Source: a virus
Lineage: Duplodnaviria; Heunggongvirae; Uroviricota; Caudoviricetes
Reading direction: 5' to 3' (one strand)
Length of the DNA: 64,000 nt
IMG/VR virus record: IMGVR_UViG_3300013288_000004
Span: 63,360 to 127,359 of that record
The position numbers and the translations under genes are program-made. Position 1 is the stretch's first letter, and each line of letters starts with the position of its first letter. The notes below the pieces were generated by a model. The model worked only from the letters and a program-made list of their open reading frames with translations, had not been told where the DNA came from and did not search any database. Shown here piece by piece: positions 36,915-45,880 of the stretch.

Positions 36915-37163
36915 ATGGAAGTCTGGGAAAAGATAAAGAACGATCTATTTTGGTTCACTGTCATCTATTTTTTCGTAGCAACACCAATTGTTAGTTGGGT
37001 TCAAGTAAAATATTTTCCTGACGATACGGATGGTCCAGATGAAATCAGTCATATGCAACCACATGTAGATGCTTTAACTGGTTGTCAGTACCTATCTGTT
37101 GCTGGTGGTGGAATTACACCAAGAATGGATGAGCACGGTAAGCAAATCTGCAATAAGAAGTAA
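36915..37163 (+). CDS. Membrane-anchored phage protein (HVDALTGCQYL family)
   Basis: N-terminal TM; DALTGCQYL..GGGITPR. Confidence 0.7.
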   Translation: MEVWEKIKNDLFWFTVIYFFVATPIVSWVQVKYFPDDTDGPDEISHMQPHVDALTGCQYLSVAGGGITPRMDEHGKQICNKK

Positions 37164-37388
37164 CTGTAATGAGCGCAAAGAAATCTCACGAATGGTATAA
37201 TACTGGAATGAAGGGAATCCCTTGGGCAGTATGTGCTAAATGTGGGCTTATCCGATTCAACAACCCTAAGACTGATAAAAAAGTTAGACAAGCATGTCCG
37301 GGTTCTGAAGAAGACAAATAGTGGTTGACAGTCCCTGTTGAGTTGCGGTAAGATAAACTTACTTCAATTTAACAGGGACTTTCTTTTT

Positions 37389-37838
37389 ATGGCTACCTTC
37401 TCCAAAGCCCTCCAGATCGCTGTAGAAGCGCATTTCAACAAAACTGACAAAGGTGGGCACTCCTATATTCTGCATCCTCTACGCATCGCTATGAGGCTTC
37501 GTACACACGATGAAGAACTAATGTCTATCGCTGTACTACATGATGTGGTAGAAGACTCTAATAGGACGTTCCAGAGCCTTCTTGATGATGGTTTTAACGA
37601 ACGTGTGGTCAATGCGCTAATGCTACTGACTCACACTAAAGGTATTTCATACGAAAGATATATCGATATGATGTATAATAATATCGATGCATTGAAAGTT
37701 AAACGCGAAGACTTGCGCGATAACTCAGATATCACTAGACTTAAAGGTCTTACTGATAAAGATGTGGAACGAATGGTGAAATACCAAAGGGCATTTGTTA
37801 AAGTCGAACAATACATCAGGGAACTTGAAAATGATTGA
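37389..37838 (+). CDS. HD-domain hydrolase (RelA/SpoT-HD / Mesh1-like)
   Basis: AH..KTDKGGHSYILHP...AVLHDVVED...KREDLRDN. Confidence 0.85.
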   Translation: MATFSKALQIAVEAHFNKTDKGGHSYILHPLRIAMRLRTHDEELMSIAVLHDVVEDSNRTFQSLLDDGFNERVVNALMLLTHTKGISYERYIDMMYNNIDALKVKREDLRDNSDITRLKGLTDKDVERMVKYQRAFVKVEQYIRELEND

Positions 37839-38007
37839 TCATTGTTTTATGACTGAGTATCATAAAGAGGCATGGGATGAGCAGAACTTCTTAAATAAGT
37901 ATGCTAACAGTGGTTGGATATTGACAACTGTCATTCCATTGTCTCATAATGCAAATGGATATCCATTTTATGCTAAATATTATTTCTATCGTGTAACACA
38001 ACCATAG
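37831..38007 (+). CDS. DUF4177-like small protein
   Basis: FLNKYANSGWILTTV...YYFYR. Confidence 0.55.
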   Translation: MIDHCFMTEYHKEAWDEQNFLNKYANSGWILTTVIPLSHNANGYPFYAKYYFYRVTQP

Positions 38008-38018
38008 GAGAATGAACA

Positions 38019-38216
38019 ATGCATGAACAACGTGGTGATATCTTGGGCATTATGAACGTATCGCGTGAAGAAGTCTTTGCATCTTCTGCGAATTCTGTTA
38101 TACTGATTCCTAAAGGTGAACGCACACCTTGTGGCGAAGTGTATTTCAGGAATGATAGGTTCGGCGTTCGCTTTGGTGATTATAAACCCTCTCCTATTAA
38201 AAAGGTGCTACAGTGA
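38019..38216 (+). CDS. Hypothetical protein
   Basis: GGAG RBS. Confidence 0.6.
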   Translation: MHEQRGDILGIMNVSREEVFASSANSVILIPKGERTPCGEVYFRNDRFGVRFGDYKPSPIKKVLQ

Positions 38217-38327
38217 TCAAGAACTCTCCAGTTGCGAAGAACATGAACAAATTCAACAAGTTCGCCGTGCATCGTGATCGCAAGGCGCAGTATTCACGTA
38301 AAGAAAAGCATAAGAAAACTCCAACCA

Positions 38328-38543
38328 ATGAGTGAATGTGGTATATTGCACTGGCAGTCACCATATGCGTTTCCGCATGACGAGAATGGTTGTGTATTAC
38401 CAGACACCCACGATGGTCCACATATGTTTATAGCTGAAAATGGTGAAAAGTGGGAATGGGAAACAGATTGGTCCTGTGAATGTGAACATTGTATGAATGT
38501 TGAAGGTGATTATTGTACAATATATTGGAAGAAGTTAGGTTGA
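38328..38543 (+). CDS. Cys/His-rich small protein
   Basis: Start trimmed to MSECG. Confidence 0.55.
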   Translation: MSECGILHWQSPYAFPHDENGCVLPDTHDGPHMFIAENGEKWEWETDWSCECEHCMNVEGDYCTIYWKKLG

Positions 38544-38787
38544 GTGCTCTAGTGAGTTCTGGCTAAATATGGACTCACAACTTTAGGAGAAACAATCGTG
38601 AGAAATTTACTTAACAACTGGCAGGACGTTGCGATGCCCATTATCGCTCTCGCACTTGGTGGATTCATTATTACAGTAATGTTTAACGCAGTGTCACAGT
38701 TCTAAACAAAACTGTTACAAAAAACTTGTTGCCAGCATAGGATAGTTATGATATCTTATGCTGGCAATGTCATTTAGGAGATAGGAA

Positions 38788-39345
38788 ATGCAAAACGGTT
38801 TCAGCTTCTCAGATGCGGTCAACTCTCTTGTAAAGAAAGTCAAGGCTAATGTTGGAGAGAAGGCTTCCAAGTTCTTTACAATGAAAACTAGCTATGAGGT
38901 CGCTGCGGAAAAGTATGCAGAAGATCAGCGTAAAATCTGCGAGGATGCTCAGGCTAAAAACAATCTGGACTCGGTTGTAGATGATAGCTTGCAGATTCAA
39001 CGCAATCAGATCACTCGGATGCTCAAGTGTAAGTCATTGTTTTCTAACAAGTTTATTGAAACGATGATGGCACGGCAAGAGCGCGATGTTACAGTGATGG
39101 AAAATACTTATAAGGAAACTGGTCTACTTGCCGGGTTCATGTCCAAGGAAGGTTACGCGCTCGGTATTGAAGTCCACGCTGATTGGTACGAACAATATAC
39201 AATCACGTTCGGTTATCTACATGATCGGGACGGTGATATGAAGCAAGTGTTGGGACCGATGACCTACGATGAAATTGTCGAGATTGGTTATCCAGCATGG
39301 TTTAACGAATTGATCGAAAGAGCTAGAGCATTCAGCATCAAGTGA
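38788..39345 (+). CDS. Hypothetical protein
   Basis: RBS; promoter inside a hairpin. Confidence 0.75.
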   Translation: MQNGFSFSDAVNSLVKKVKANVGEKASKFFTMKTSYEVAAEKYAEDQRKICEDAQAKNNLDSVVDDSLQIQRNQITRMLKCKSLFSNKFIETMMARQERDVTVMENTYKETGLLAGFMSKEGYALGIEVHADWYEQYTITFGYLHDRDGDMKQVLGPMTYDEIVEIGYPAWFNELIERARAFSIK

Positions 39346-39349
39346 TACA

Positions 39350-39382
39350 AAAAAGGGGAAGCCACTGGCTTCCCCTTTTTCT
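39350..39382. terminator. Bidirectional terminator between convergent blocks
   Basis: AAAAAAGGGGAAGCC-ACT-GGCTTCCCCTTTTTT. Confidence 0.85.
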
Positions 39383-39637
39383 TTAGTCTGTTACCAGACT
39401 AGCGTTTGATATGTAAGGTGACTCTACCAATCGTTTAACTTCGTTTGAGAAGCCCTCCACTAGCATCAGTCCAGTGATTGGGTAGAATGTACTCTCTAGG
39501 AGGTTTGCGTCCTTAAGCATGATCTGTGAAGCTTTAGCTCTATCACTATCGGTAGGTAGTCCCCTACGATCCATTACAAGCATTGCCTTAACGATTTCAT
39601 TGGTGTGCATTGCATTGGTCAATTGTGAGTTAGTCAT
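39383..39637 (-). CDS. Hypothetical protein
   Basis: Coupled ORF. Confidence 0.6.
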   Translation of the reverse strand: MTNSQLTNAMHTNEIVKAMLVMDRRGLPTDSDRAKASQIMLKDANLLESTFYPITGLMLVEGFSNEVKRLVESPYISNASLVTD

Positions 39638-39640
39638 TGG

Positions 39641-40069
39641 TTATAATCCTTTAAATAATTGATTTACGTTTTTGGAAAGTTCGTTAATGTGCTTGAGATC
39701 ATTCTTGAGTTTCTTGAATTCTTTCTCTTTCTTCCTTACTTCCTCCTCTCTACGTTCAAGGTCTTCCATCATGATGTTGAAATGTTCTATGTTATAGAAC
39801 ATCTCTCTAGATATTAGAAATATCTCTGTGTTTACCTTTGTGTCATGATATATGTGAGTGTTATAATTATAATTGTTAGATGGTTCTTTAACTACTTCAA
39901 CATGTAGAAAATCACGAGTGATATCGTGAGCAATATCCAATCTGTTCATTTTTAGAATCTCTTCCAATGGTATTCCACTCATGGAAGAATATGTACATGA
40001 TGAGGTGACCCTCTTTACATGATCGTGTACATTAAATTTAGTCATACACGTCTGAGAATCCATAATCAA
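39641..40069 (-). CDS. Hypothetical protein
   Basis: ORF track. Confidence 0.65.
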   Translation of the reverse strand: MIMDSQTCMTKFNVHDHVKRVTSSCTYSSMSGIPLEEILKMNRLDIAHDITRDFLHVEVVKEPSNNYNYNTHIYHDTKVNTEIFLISREMFYNIEHFNIMMEDLERREEEVRKKEKEFKKLKNDLKHINELSKNVNQLFKGL

Positions 40070-40592
40070 AGATCAATGGTTTACCATCAACCAAACACCA
40101 ATTGTGCGTCTCATATCCTTTATACCAATCAGTATTCACATCACAGATATCATATTTCATAGTAAGAGATTCGACTTTATCAATATGTCTCTTACGAATC
40201 TTCTGTAATGGTGTATTAATATTATCGATATCTGGGTACCTGCGGAACACAATGTACTTATTCTTTTCGTAAGCGATGACTTCCGCAAAATATTTGCGGT
40301 CTTTCTCTTCTATAGTTTTCCAAACTTCATATTCAGCATTAGATTGTTTGCGTCTAGTAGTCATGTAATTCTCCTTATACAATCTTGGAGAATCTACCTT
40401 GATAACAAAGTCCAAACCGAACAGATGCATCCTTGTACCACCTAAACTAGATGGTTTGTTCTTCTGTAATGACTGTCTTGTATGTTTGTGGCCATTCAGA
40501 ATAATATAACGTTCACCGTTCTTCTTGCCAACTTCAATAGACAAACTATTGACGTCAGCCCAGTTCAAATTTACATCAAACCATTTTACCAT
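40038..40592 (-). CDS. Divergent kinase-like fold protein
   Basis: GGTR..FVIK, NAEYEVW, DV...HNW, LIFDYG. Confidence 0.5.
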   Translation of the reverse strand: MVKWFDVNLNWADVNSLSIEVGKKNGERYIILNGHKHTRQSLQKNKPSSLGGTRMHLFGLDFVIKVDSPRLYKENYMTTRRKQSNAEYEVWKTIEEKDRKYFAEVIAYEKNKYIVFRRYPDIDNINTPLQKIRKRHIDKVESLTMKYDICDVNTDWYKGYETHNWCLVDGKPLIFDYGFSDVYD

Positions 40593-40992
40593 GGTAACAG
40601 AATCCTTCAGTTGAAGTATAAAAGATATGTTTAATCCCAGCTATAGACAATGCAGGCATACAAGAGATGCATGGCCTACTGTTAGCAATACTACCATGCT
40701 TGTCTTGGCGGTACAAGAAGATTTCACAACCAGATAGATCGAAATCCTTAGACCTAATCAGTGCATCAATCTCCGCATGTATCTTGGCAAAAGGTGAGTA
40801 ATAGTTGACCTTACGATCATTCCTAAATTGAATTGGGTGAGTCTTTAAACGATTGAAGCCTTCAGAGACTACATAGTTACCGGATACGATCACACAGCCC
40901 ATGGGCTTCTCATGCTCGCTCTTCAACGCAATCAGCTTCGCTCTATTGTAGAAGCGAAGCTGACGAGTAGTAGGAATGATTAGATTGGTCAT
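40576..40992 (-). CDS. Zn-dependent cytidine/deoxycytidylate deaminase family protein
   Basis: HAEIDAL...RPCISC. Confidence 0.85.
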   Translation of the reverse strand: MTNLIIPTTRQLRFYNRAKLIALKSEHEKPMGCVIVSGNYVVSEGFNRLKTHPIQFRNDRKVNYYSPFAKIHAEIDALIRSKDFDLSGCEIFLYRQDKHGSIANSRPCISCMPALSIAGIKHIFYTSTEGFCYHGKMV

Positions 40993-41004
40993 TTTATATG
41001 AGAT

Positions 41005-41082
41005 TGGAGCAGGCGATGGGATTCGAACCCATCTTTATCACCGATTTGGAAGACCGGGGCACAGCCACTATACCACGCCTGC
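41005..41082 (-). tRNA. tRNA-Gly(UCC)
   Basis: CCGGT-CTTCCAA-ATCGG; U73; CCA. Confidence 0.85.
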
Positions 41083-41091
41083 ATTGATTTA

Positions 41092-41168
41092 TGGTGGGGT
41101 AGGACGGATTCGAACCGTCAACCTAATCATTTTGAGTGATCCGCCTCTGCCAGTTGGGCTACAACCCC
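41092..41168 (-). tRNA. tRNA-Leu(CAA), short variable loop
   Basis: Loop CTCAAAA; CCA. Confidence 0.85.
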
Positions 41169-41178
41169 ACATAATTAC

Positions 41179-41763
41179 TTATTTATACTTCTTACGTAGA
41201 AGAAACTCTAATTCTATCATGTTTGTATGCCGTTCTGCAACAACTTTAGCAGGTTGACCAGCATAAATCAAACAACCACTTAATCGTTTTGTGACTAGAG
41301 ACAAAGCTCCAACTGCTGCAAAGTCTTCTATTTCAACACCCGGCAAGATTACCGATCCAGAACCAATGATCACATGCTTACGTAAAATTACATAGCCACT
41401 CTTAACATTAGTATATTCTACAGGAACTGTTGGATTAGTCAAGAACTTTCCACTGTAATCATCACTCTTACTGTAAATCTTTACACCCTGTGACAATCCA
41501 GAGAAGTCTTCCATAATGATACCACAACCAGCAGCCAAGAAACAATAGCCACCAATATGAATATAGTCACCTAATGTTAATTCTCCAGCATGGGCAGAGA
41601 TTGTTGTAAAACCATCAATTCTAACATTGTTGCCAATGGAAATATTCTCTTCTCCAATGATGGTACAATTCTTTGCAATTGAGACATTTTCACCAATATG
41701 CTTAAACCCCATTGTTTTAAGGTCATGAGAAAAGTAGTATCCGGGGTTAAATGGGTTTGTCAT
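41179..41763 (-). CDS. Hexapeptide-repeat (LbH) O-acetyltransferase
   Basis: IGENVSI, IGNNVRI, HVIIGSGSVILPGV, YAGQPAK. Confidence 0.85.
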   Translation of the reverse strand: MTNPFNPGYYFSHDLKTMGFKHIGENVSIAKNCTIIGEENISIGNNVRIDGFTTISAHAGELTLGDYIHIGGYCFLAAGCGIIMEDFSGLSQGVKIYSKSDDYSGKFLTNPTVPVEYTNVKSGYVILRKHVIIGSGSVILPGVEIEDFAAVGALSLVTKRLSGCLIYAGQPAKVVAERHTNMIELEFLLRKKYK

Positions 41764-42053
41764 AGACGGTCACTTATATTTTGAATTAAATAATTGTCTG
41801 AATATGTCCTAGACTTTAGATGATTAACAGTGGCATCTGCCTCTTCTTTTGTAGCATATGAACATATGAAATCCTCTCCATCTTCCTGATATTCATAAAC
41901 CCACCAGACTTTTTGGTTACTATATTCTTTTACTAAGTTATTGATTTCATTAGCAATTTCTACCAAACGGTATGGCATACCATATGTATTATAATGCTCT
42001 TCTTTGAGAGATTTTGCAAGGTCTTCTAATTTTTGCTTTAGTTCTTGATTCAT
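41760..42053 (-). CDS. Hypothetical protein
   Basis: Coupled ORF. Confidence 0.65.
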   Translation of the reverse strand: MNQELKQKLEDLAKSLKEEHYNTYGMPYRLVEIANEINNLVKEYSNQKVWWVYEYQEDGEDFICSYATKEEADATVNHLKSRTYSDNYLIQNISDRL

Positions 42054-42073
42054 AAATCCTCAAATGGTTAAGT

Positions 42074-42168
42074 TGGTGGTTCTGGAAGGATTCGAACCTT
42101 CACTGTCCGCTAATCTGGCGGCTATGCTCACTTATAAGGTGAGTGTTCTACCGTTAAACTACAGAACC
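42074..42168 (-). tRNA. tRNA-Ile(UAU) with a 25-nt variable region
   Basis: CTCAC-CTTATAA-GTGAG; CCA. Confidence 0.75.
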
Positions 42169-42177
42169 TCTTAAATT

Positions 42178-42253
42178 TGGTCTCCGTAGACGGACTCGAA
42201 CCGCCAACATCTGCGCCCCAAACGCAGGACTCTACCAATTGAGCTACACGGAG
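42178..42253 (-). tRNA. tRNA-Pro(UGG)
   Basis: CTGCG-TTTGGGG-CGCAG; CCA. Confidence 0.9.
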
Positions 42254-42289
42254 ATTATGCTAACATCATACATCTATTTAGGTACAACG

Positions 42290-42865
42290 TCAAGCCAAAT
42301 TTTCAAATGTTTTCGGGTGAAGGCCATAAGCTTTAACCCACTTACGTATGGCGTTATCTGAAACATTGTATAATCTACCAACTTCAGAATAACCCATATC
42401 TTTAACCATTCTTACCAAATCTTCTTTGGAAGGTCTTTCGGTAGTTCTTTTATCTATCTTAGCACATTCATCAGAACAATAAAACTCTTGCTTAAATTGT
42501 AATGTGGTATTGCAAATTTTGCAAAATGTGTTTTCTTTATGTTCTGCAAAATATCTATGATCTTTTTCGCTTGGAACATATGATTCGTGCATTTTCGCAC
42601 CAGAGTCGATCCAGTAATGCAATCTCATATGTGATGCTGAGTTTGATAATACGACTAAATTGGAAATTCTATTGTTGTATCTATTCCCGTCAAGGTGATG
42701 AACAATCTCATCATCTCTTAGAGAGCGACCCATTTCGCGTTCCATTAAGTAACGATGTTCGTAAACGAATCCCTTCCAATTGTTAGAAGTATACGCAGTT
42801 GGCCAATCTGGCTTATATATCCCTCTGTACCCGTTTATATCCCTTTCTCGTAGTAAATCTGTCAT
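42290..42865 (-). CDS. Free-standing HNH homing endonuclease
   Basis: VYEHRYLME...VHHLDGNRYNNRISNL; late-promoter box at 42899-42906. Confidence 0.9.
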   Translation of the reverse strand: MTDLLRERDINGYRGIYKPDWPTAYTSNNWKGFVYEHRYLMEREMGRSLRDDEIVHHLDGNRYNNRISNLVVLSNSASHMRLHYWIDSGAKMHESYVPSEKDHRYFAEHKENTFCKICNTTLQFKQEFYCSDECAKIDKRTTERPSKEDLVRMVKDMGYSEVGRLYNVSDNAIRKWVKAYGLHPKTFENLA

Positions 42866-42930
42866 GTTAATTCTCCTGTAATTTCTGACCTACAGAAGTA
42901 TTTATATGATTTAAAATAGAGTGTTTAAGT

Positions 42931-43006
42931 TGGTGGCCCGTATGGGATTCGAACCCATTTTCTTCAAATTATGAGTTTGCTGCTTGACCGAATAAGCTTC
43001 CGGGCC
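42931..43006 (-). tRNA. tRNA with a CAU anticodon (Ile2/lysidine type or elongator Met)
   Basis: GGCCCGG acceptor; loop CTCATAA; CCA. Confidence 0.8.
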
Positions 43007-43558
43007 ATTAATCATACTATTTAGTCTTTTTGATTCTTAGCTTTTGCATCTCTATTTCAATCGCTTCGTTTAACTGCTCAACCGTTGTGGGAGCAATGTT
43101 AACAACATCATTGGCGGTAGTCAACAACACGCTAGACTCTTTTTCTTTCTTAGCGAGCCACCCTTCAGCAAGTTCTTTATAGCCCATTTTCTTTCCAGTT
43201 GATAGTGAAACATTGTGAAATGCGAGTATGGCAGGTTTACCTTCCTCCAACAATATTTTGCGCGTTGGCAGTCCCACTTAATAGCTGACTCGACGACCCG
43301 TACTCAATGTACTCCTAAACCCATTTCACAATTCAAAAACCGCGAGGGATTAATTTTTCACTAGAGTATATCATATCCCAGTAAAGTATCGCTCTAGTGC
43401 CATTCAAAACTATTGAATTCGTCTTTGAATGCTCAACGTGATGCCAAATATCTTACGTTCTTTCAACACGTTGTTATCATTTATTCTTTAGTACATCTAT
43501 ATATCAACTTTGTTGAATGAGATTTTCAATCTCATATGTTTGCGACCATGTAAGAATT

Positions 43559-43771
43559 CTACATCAACCACTGATCGTCTGTCAACCATCCGCTGTAGTT
43601 TGATACGAAATCGTACACTTCACGTAACTCATTGAATTTCAACGTTTTTACAGTAAAAGCCAGTTCTTTGTTACCATCAAGTGCTTGCAAAATAACTGCC
43701 AGTGGACGCTTATCATCATACAAGTGATAAACACGTGCAAAGCTTTCATCTGGAGCTATTTTGAGATTCAC
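43559..43771 (-). CDS. Hypothetical protein
   Basis: ORF track. Confidence 0.55.
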   Translation of the reverse strand: MNLKIAPDESFARVYHLYDDKRPLAVILQALDGNKELAFTVKTLKFNELREVYDFVSNYSGWLTDDQWLM

Positions 43772-43987
43772 TTGCGCAACTTCCCGTGACGATTCAACAG
43801 CTTACGCTGGATCGTCATACGTTCTTCAGTCAGTCTACGACATTCCCCGATGACACGCAAGCACATTGCGACACTCTTCGGGGTCTTGTATTCAGGGTAA
43901 TCCATGCCGGTCTTACGTTCTTCAGCCATTTCGTTTAATCCTTAAGTTGTTTGTTAGGGTAAATAATACAATGGTTAATTCTGATTG

Positions 43988-44173
43988 TCAACCTTTTCTG
44001 ATCTGTTTAACTTCTATCAAAATATTTAACAATATTGACACAATTATAAGTGTACGTGCATCAAACAACTTCTGCCCTTCTGGTAAAGGAAAGATGATTG
44101 CACTACATACACATATGATACAAAACCATATACAGGTGGGAATGAATACATTCCAAAATTCTTTGTTCATCAC
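43988..44173 (-). CDS. Membrane protein
   Basis: Two TM segments. Confidence 0.55.
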   Translation of the reverse strand: MMNKEFWNVFIPTCIWFCIICVCSAIIFPLPEGQKLFDARTLIIVSILLNILIEVKQIRKG

Positions 44174-44421
44174 GTCAGAACCTCACCTTGAATTTTGTTT
44201 AGCATCAGATTGGCAACATTAAACGCTGCACCGATACCTTGTTCGCTAATATCAAAGTCAACATGAATATACTCTGGATCACCATCAACCTCTGAACAAA
44301 TCATCCAATCCATAGATGATAGCACTTCTATCTGTTCTTCAGAAGCATTTACCCATAGTGCATGTTCATCACCATGTTCGAATTCAAACTTTTCATCATT
44401 GGGATACAGTTCGATGATCAT
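44170..44421 (-). CDS. Hypothetical protein
   Basis: Coupled ORF. Confidence 0.65.
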   Translation of the reverse strand: MIIELYPNDEKFEFEHGDEHALWVNASEEQIEVLSSMDWMICSEVDGDPEYIHVDFDISEQGIGAAFNVANLMLNKIQGEVLT

Positions 44422-44422
44422 A

Positions 44423-44620
44423 TCATTCTTCTACCTTTTCACCTTCAGGTTGGTTAACAAGATCAAGCAAGTCTACTACAGTATACGACTTGTACTCGTC
44501 CTCTAGAAGACCTTGTCCAATTTCTTCAGCTTTCTCCCATGTATCATAAGATCCAACCCAATCACCAGTACCACGGGCAGGGTAGAATTTTTCATTGACA
44601 ATCAACAAATAACGTGCCAT
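44423..44620 (-). CDS. Phage hypothetical protein (YLL..YPA.G.GDW family)
   Basis: Recurrent phage motif. Confidence 0.7.
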   Translation of the reverse strand: MARYLLIVNEKFYPARGTGDWVGSYDTWEKAEEIGQGLLEDEYKSYTVVDLLDLVNQPEGEKVEE

Positions 44621-44621
44621 C

Positions 44622-45734
44622 TCAATTCTCCGATTCTAGTTGAACATCAGTAATACCGAATTCACGATAGTTCTTCATCATCCAATCCTTCAATCCCATA
44701 TCCTTACCAAGATAAAGATTCATTGCGAGAGGGAATGTGCCATCCTTGAAAGTTTGTTGCGCAAGTATCGCGTAATCTTTCCTCGAAAGCAACTTATTTT
44801 CATCGTAAAACTTCTGCAACTGTGAAGAAATGTGATTGAAGTTAGTACGTACCAAAGTTTCCATTGCAGTGATCTGCTTCATCGCCAGTTCATCATCATG
44901 GAACAGTGAACGCAAGTCATCAGAAGTTTCATACAGACAAGCCTGAAACAGCGCCTTTGGATTGTTTACACTATCTTTACAACGATGAATTTTTGAATAC
45001 CAGTTGTTTTTTATTTTTGCCAATCGACCATCATTAAACAAAACAACGAAACCTTCAACGCCAGTCATATCAAGAATTTCTTCATATGAGCGCATCGTAT
45101 AATCACATGATACCACATATTTTGAACTCAACTGATGTTGAAGAGAAATGTCTGGATATTCTGTATGACCGTTCAACAAGTTGCGTGCGCTTAATACTTT
45201 TAATGAATGTTCCGGATAACGAACCACAATTTGGTTAGAACTTCCGATCCATTCAAAATTTACAGTATATCCATCATCAATATATTCAGAAACAACCATT
45301 AACAAATGATGGTTGCTTAAGAGAAATTGATATGCGTCAACGGCTTGTTGGGAAATGAATGAAGTTTTTGACTTCAAACGAAATCCATGATGCATCGTTG
45401 AATCTTTTACGGTTGAAATCAATGAGCCGTCGAGTTTATCCATATAAAGAACAGCATTCTTTAGATCTAAATCCATTGTGAAATTGTTTTCGTATAGATT
45501 GAAAAACTTTGCAGGCGGAAGACAAACCAAATCCACCGCAGTGTCACCATCCATCAGGAAGGTATGACCACGGCATTCCAGTGCATTCGGGAGGCAGAAT
45601 TCAGTGTAGGATGCCAAACGATAAGTGAACACACGGAAAACCTTACCGTCTACATTCTGATCCACATAGTAGAAAGCTTCGTTCTCACAGAGCTTCATGA
45701 GATCATTGTAAAGAGTCTGCTGGAAGGTGTTCAT
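44622..45734 (-). CDS. rnlA: RNA ligase 1 (T4 Rnl1-like)
   Basis: FTYRLASY, ECRG, PPAKFFNLYEN, KLDGSLI, EGFVV..KIK. Confidence 0.9.
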   Translation of the reverse strand: MNTFQQTLYNDLMKLCENEAFYYVDQNVDGKVFRVFTYRLASYTEFCLPNALECRGHTFLMDGDTAVDLVCLPPAKFFNLYENNFTMDLDLKNAVLYMDKLDGSLISTVKDSTMHHGFRLKSKTSFISQQAVDAYQFLLSNHHLLMVVSEYIDDGYTVNFEWIGSSNQIVVRYPEHSLKVLSARNLLNGHTEYPDISLQHQLSSKYVVSCDYTMRSYEEILDMTGVEGFVVLFNDGRLAKIKNNWYSKIHRCKDSVNNPKALFQACLYETSDDLRSLFHDDELAMKQITAMETLVRTNFNHISSQLQKFYDENKLLSRKDYAILAQQTFKDGTFPLAMNLYLGKDMGLKDWMMKNYREFGITDVQLESEN

Positions 45735-45880
45735 TGGCGTTCCTTGGTTGAGTGTATATACTATAAATCAACCAGCAGACGTTGTCAACAACTTTTCGTA
45801 TTTTTTCTTGATGACAGTTCTAATACCGGGGTTGATATGATAGATATGTTCCATCATGTTAGCACGCATGTAGTTACGTA

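Noticed and set aside
43017-43520. ORF 43017-43277 and upstream fragments
   Set aside because: Alternative start, several short competing frames broken by stops. Possibly a decayed gene, but I cannot support a call.
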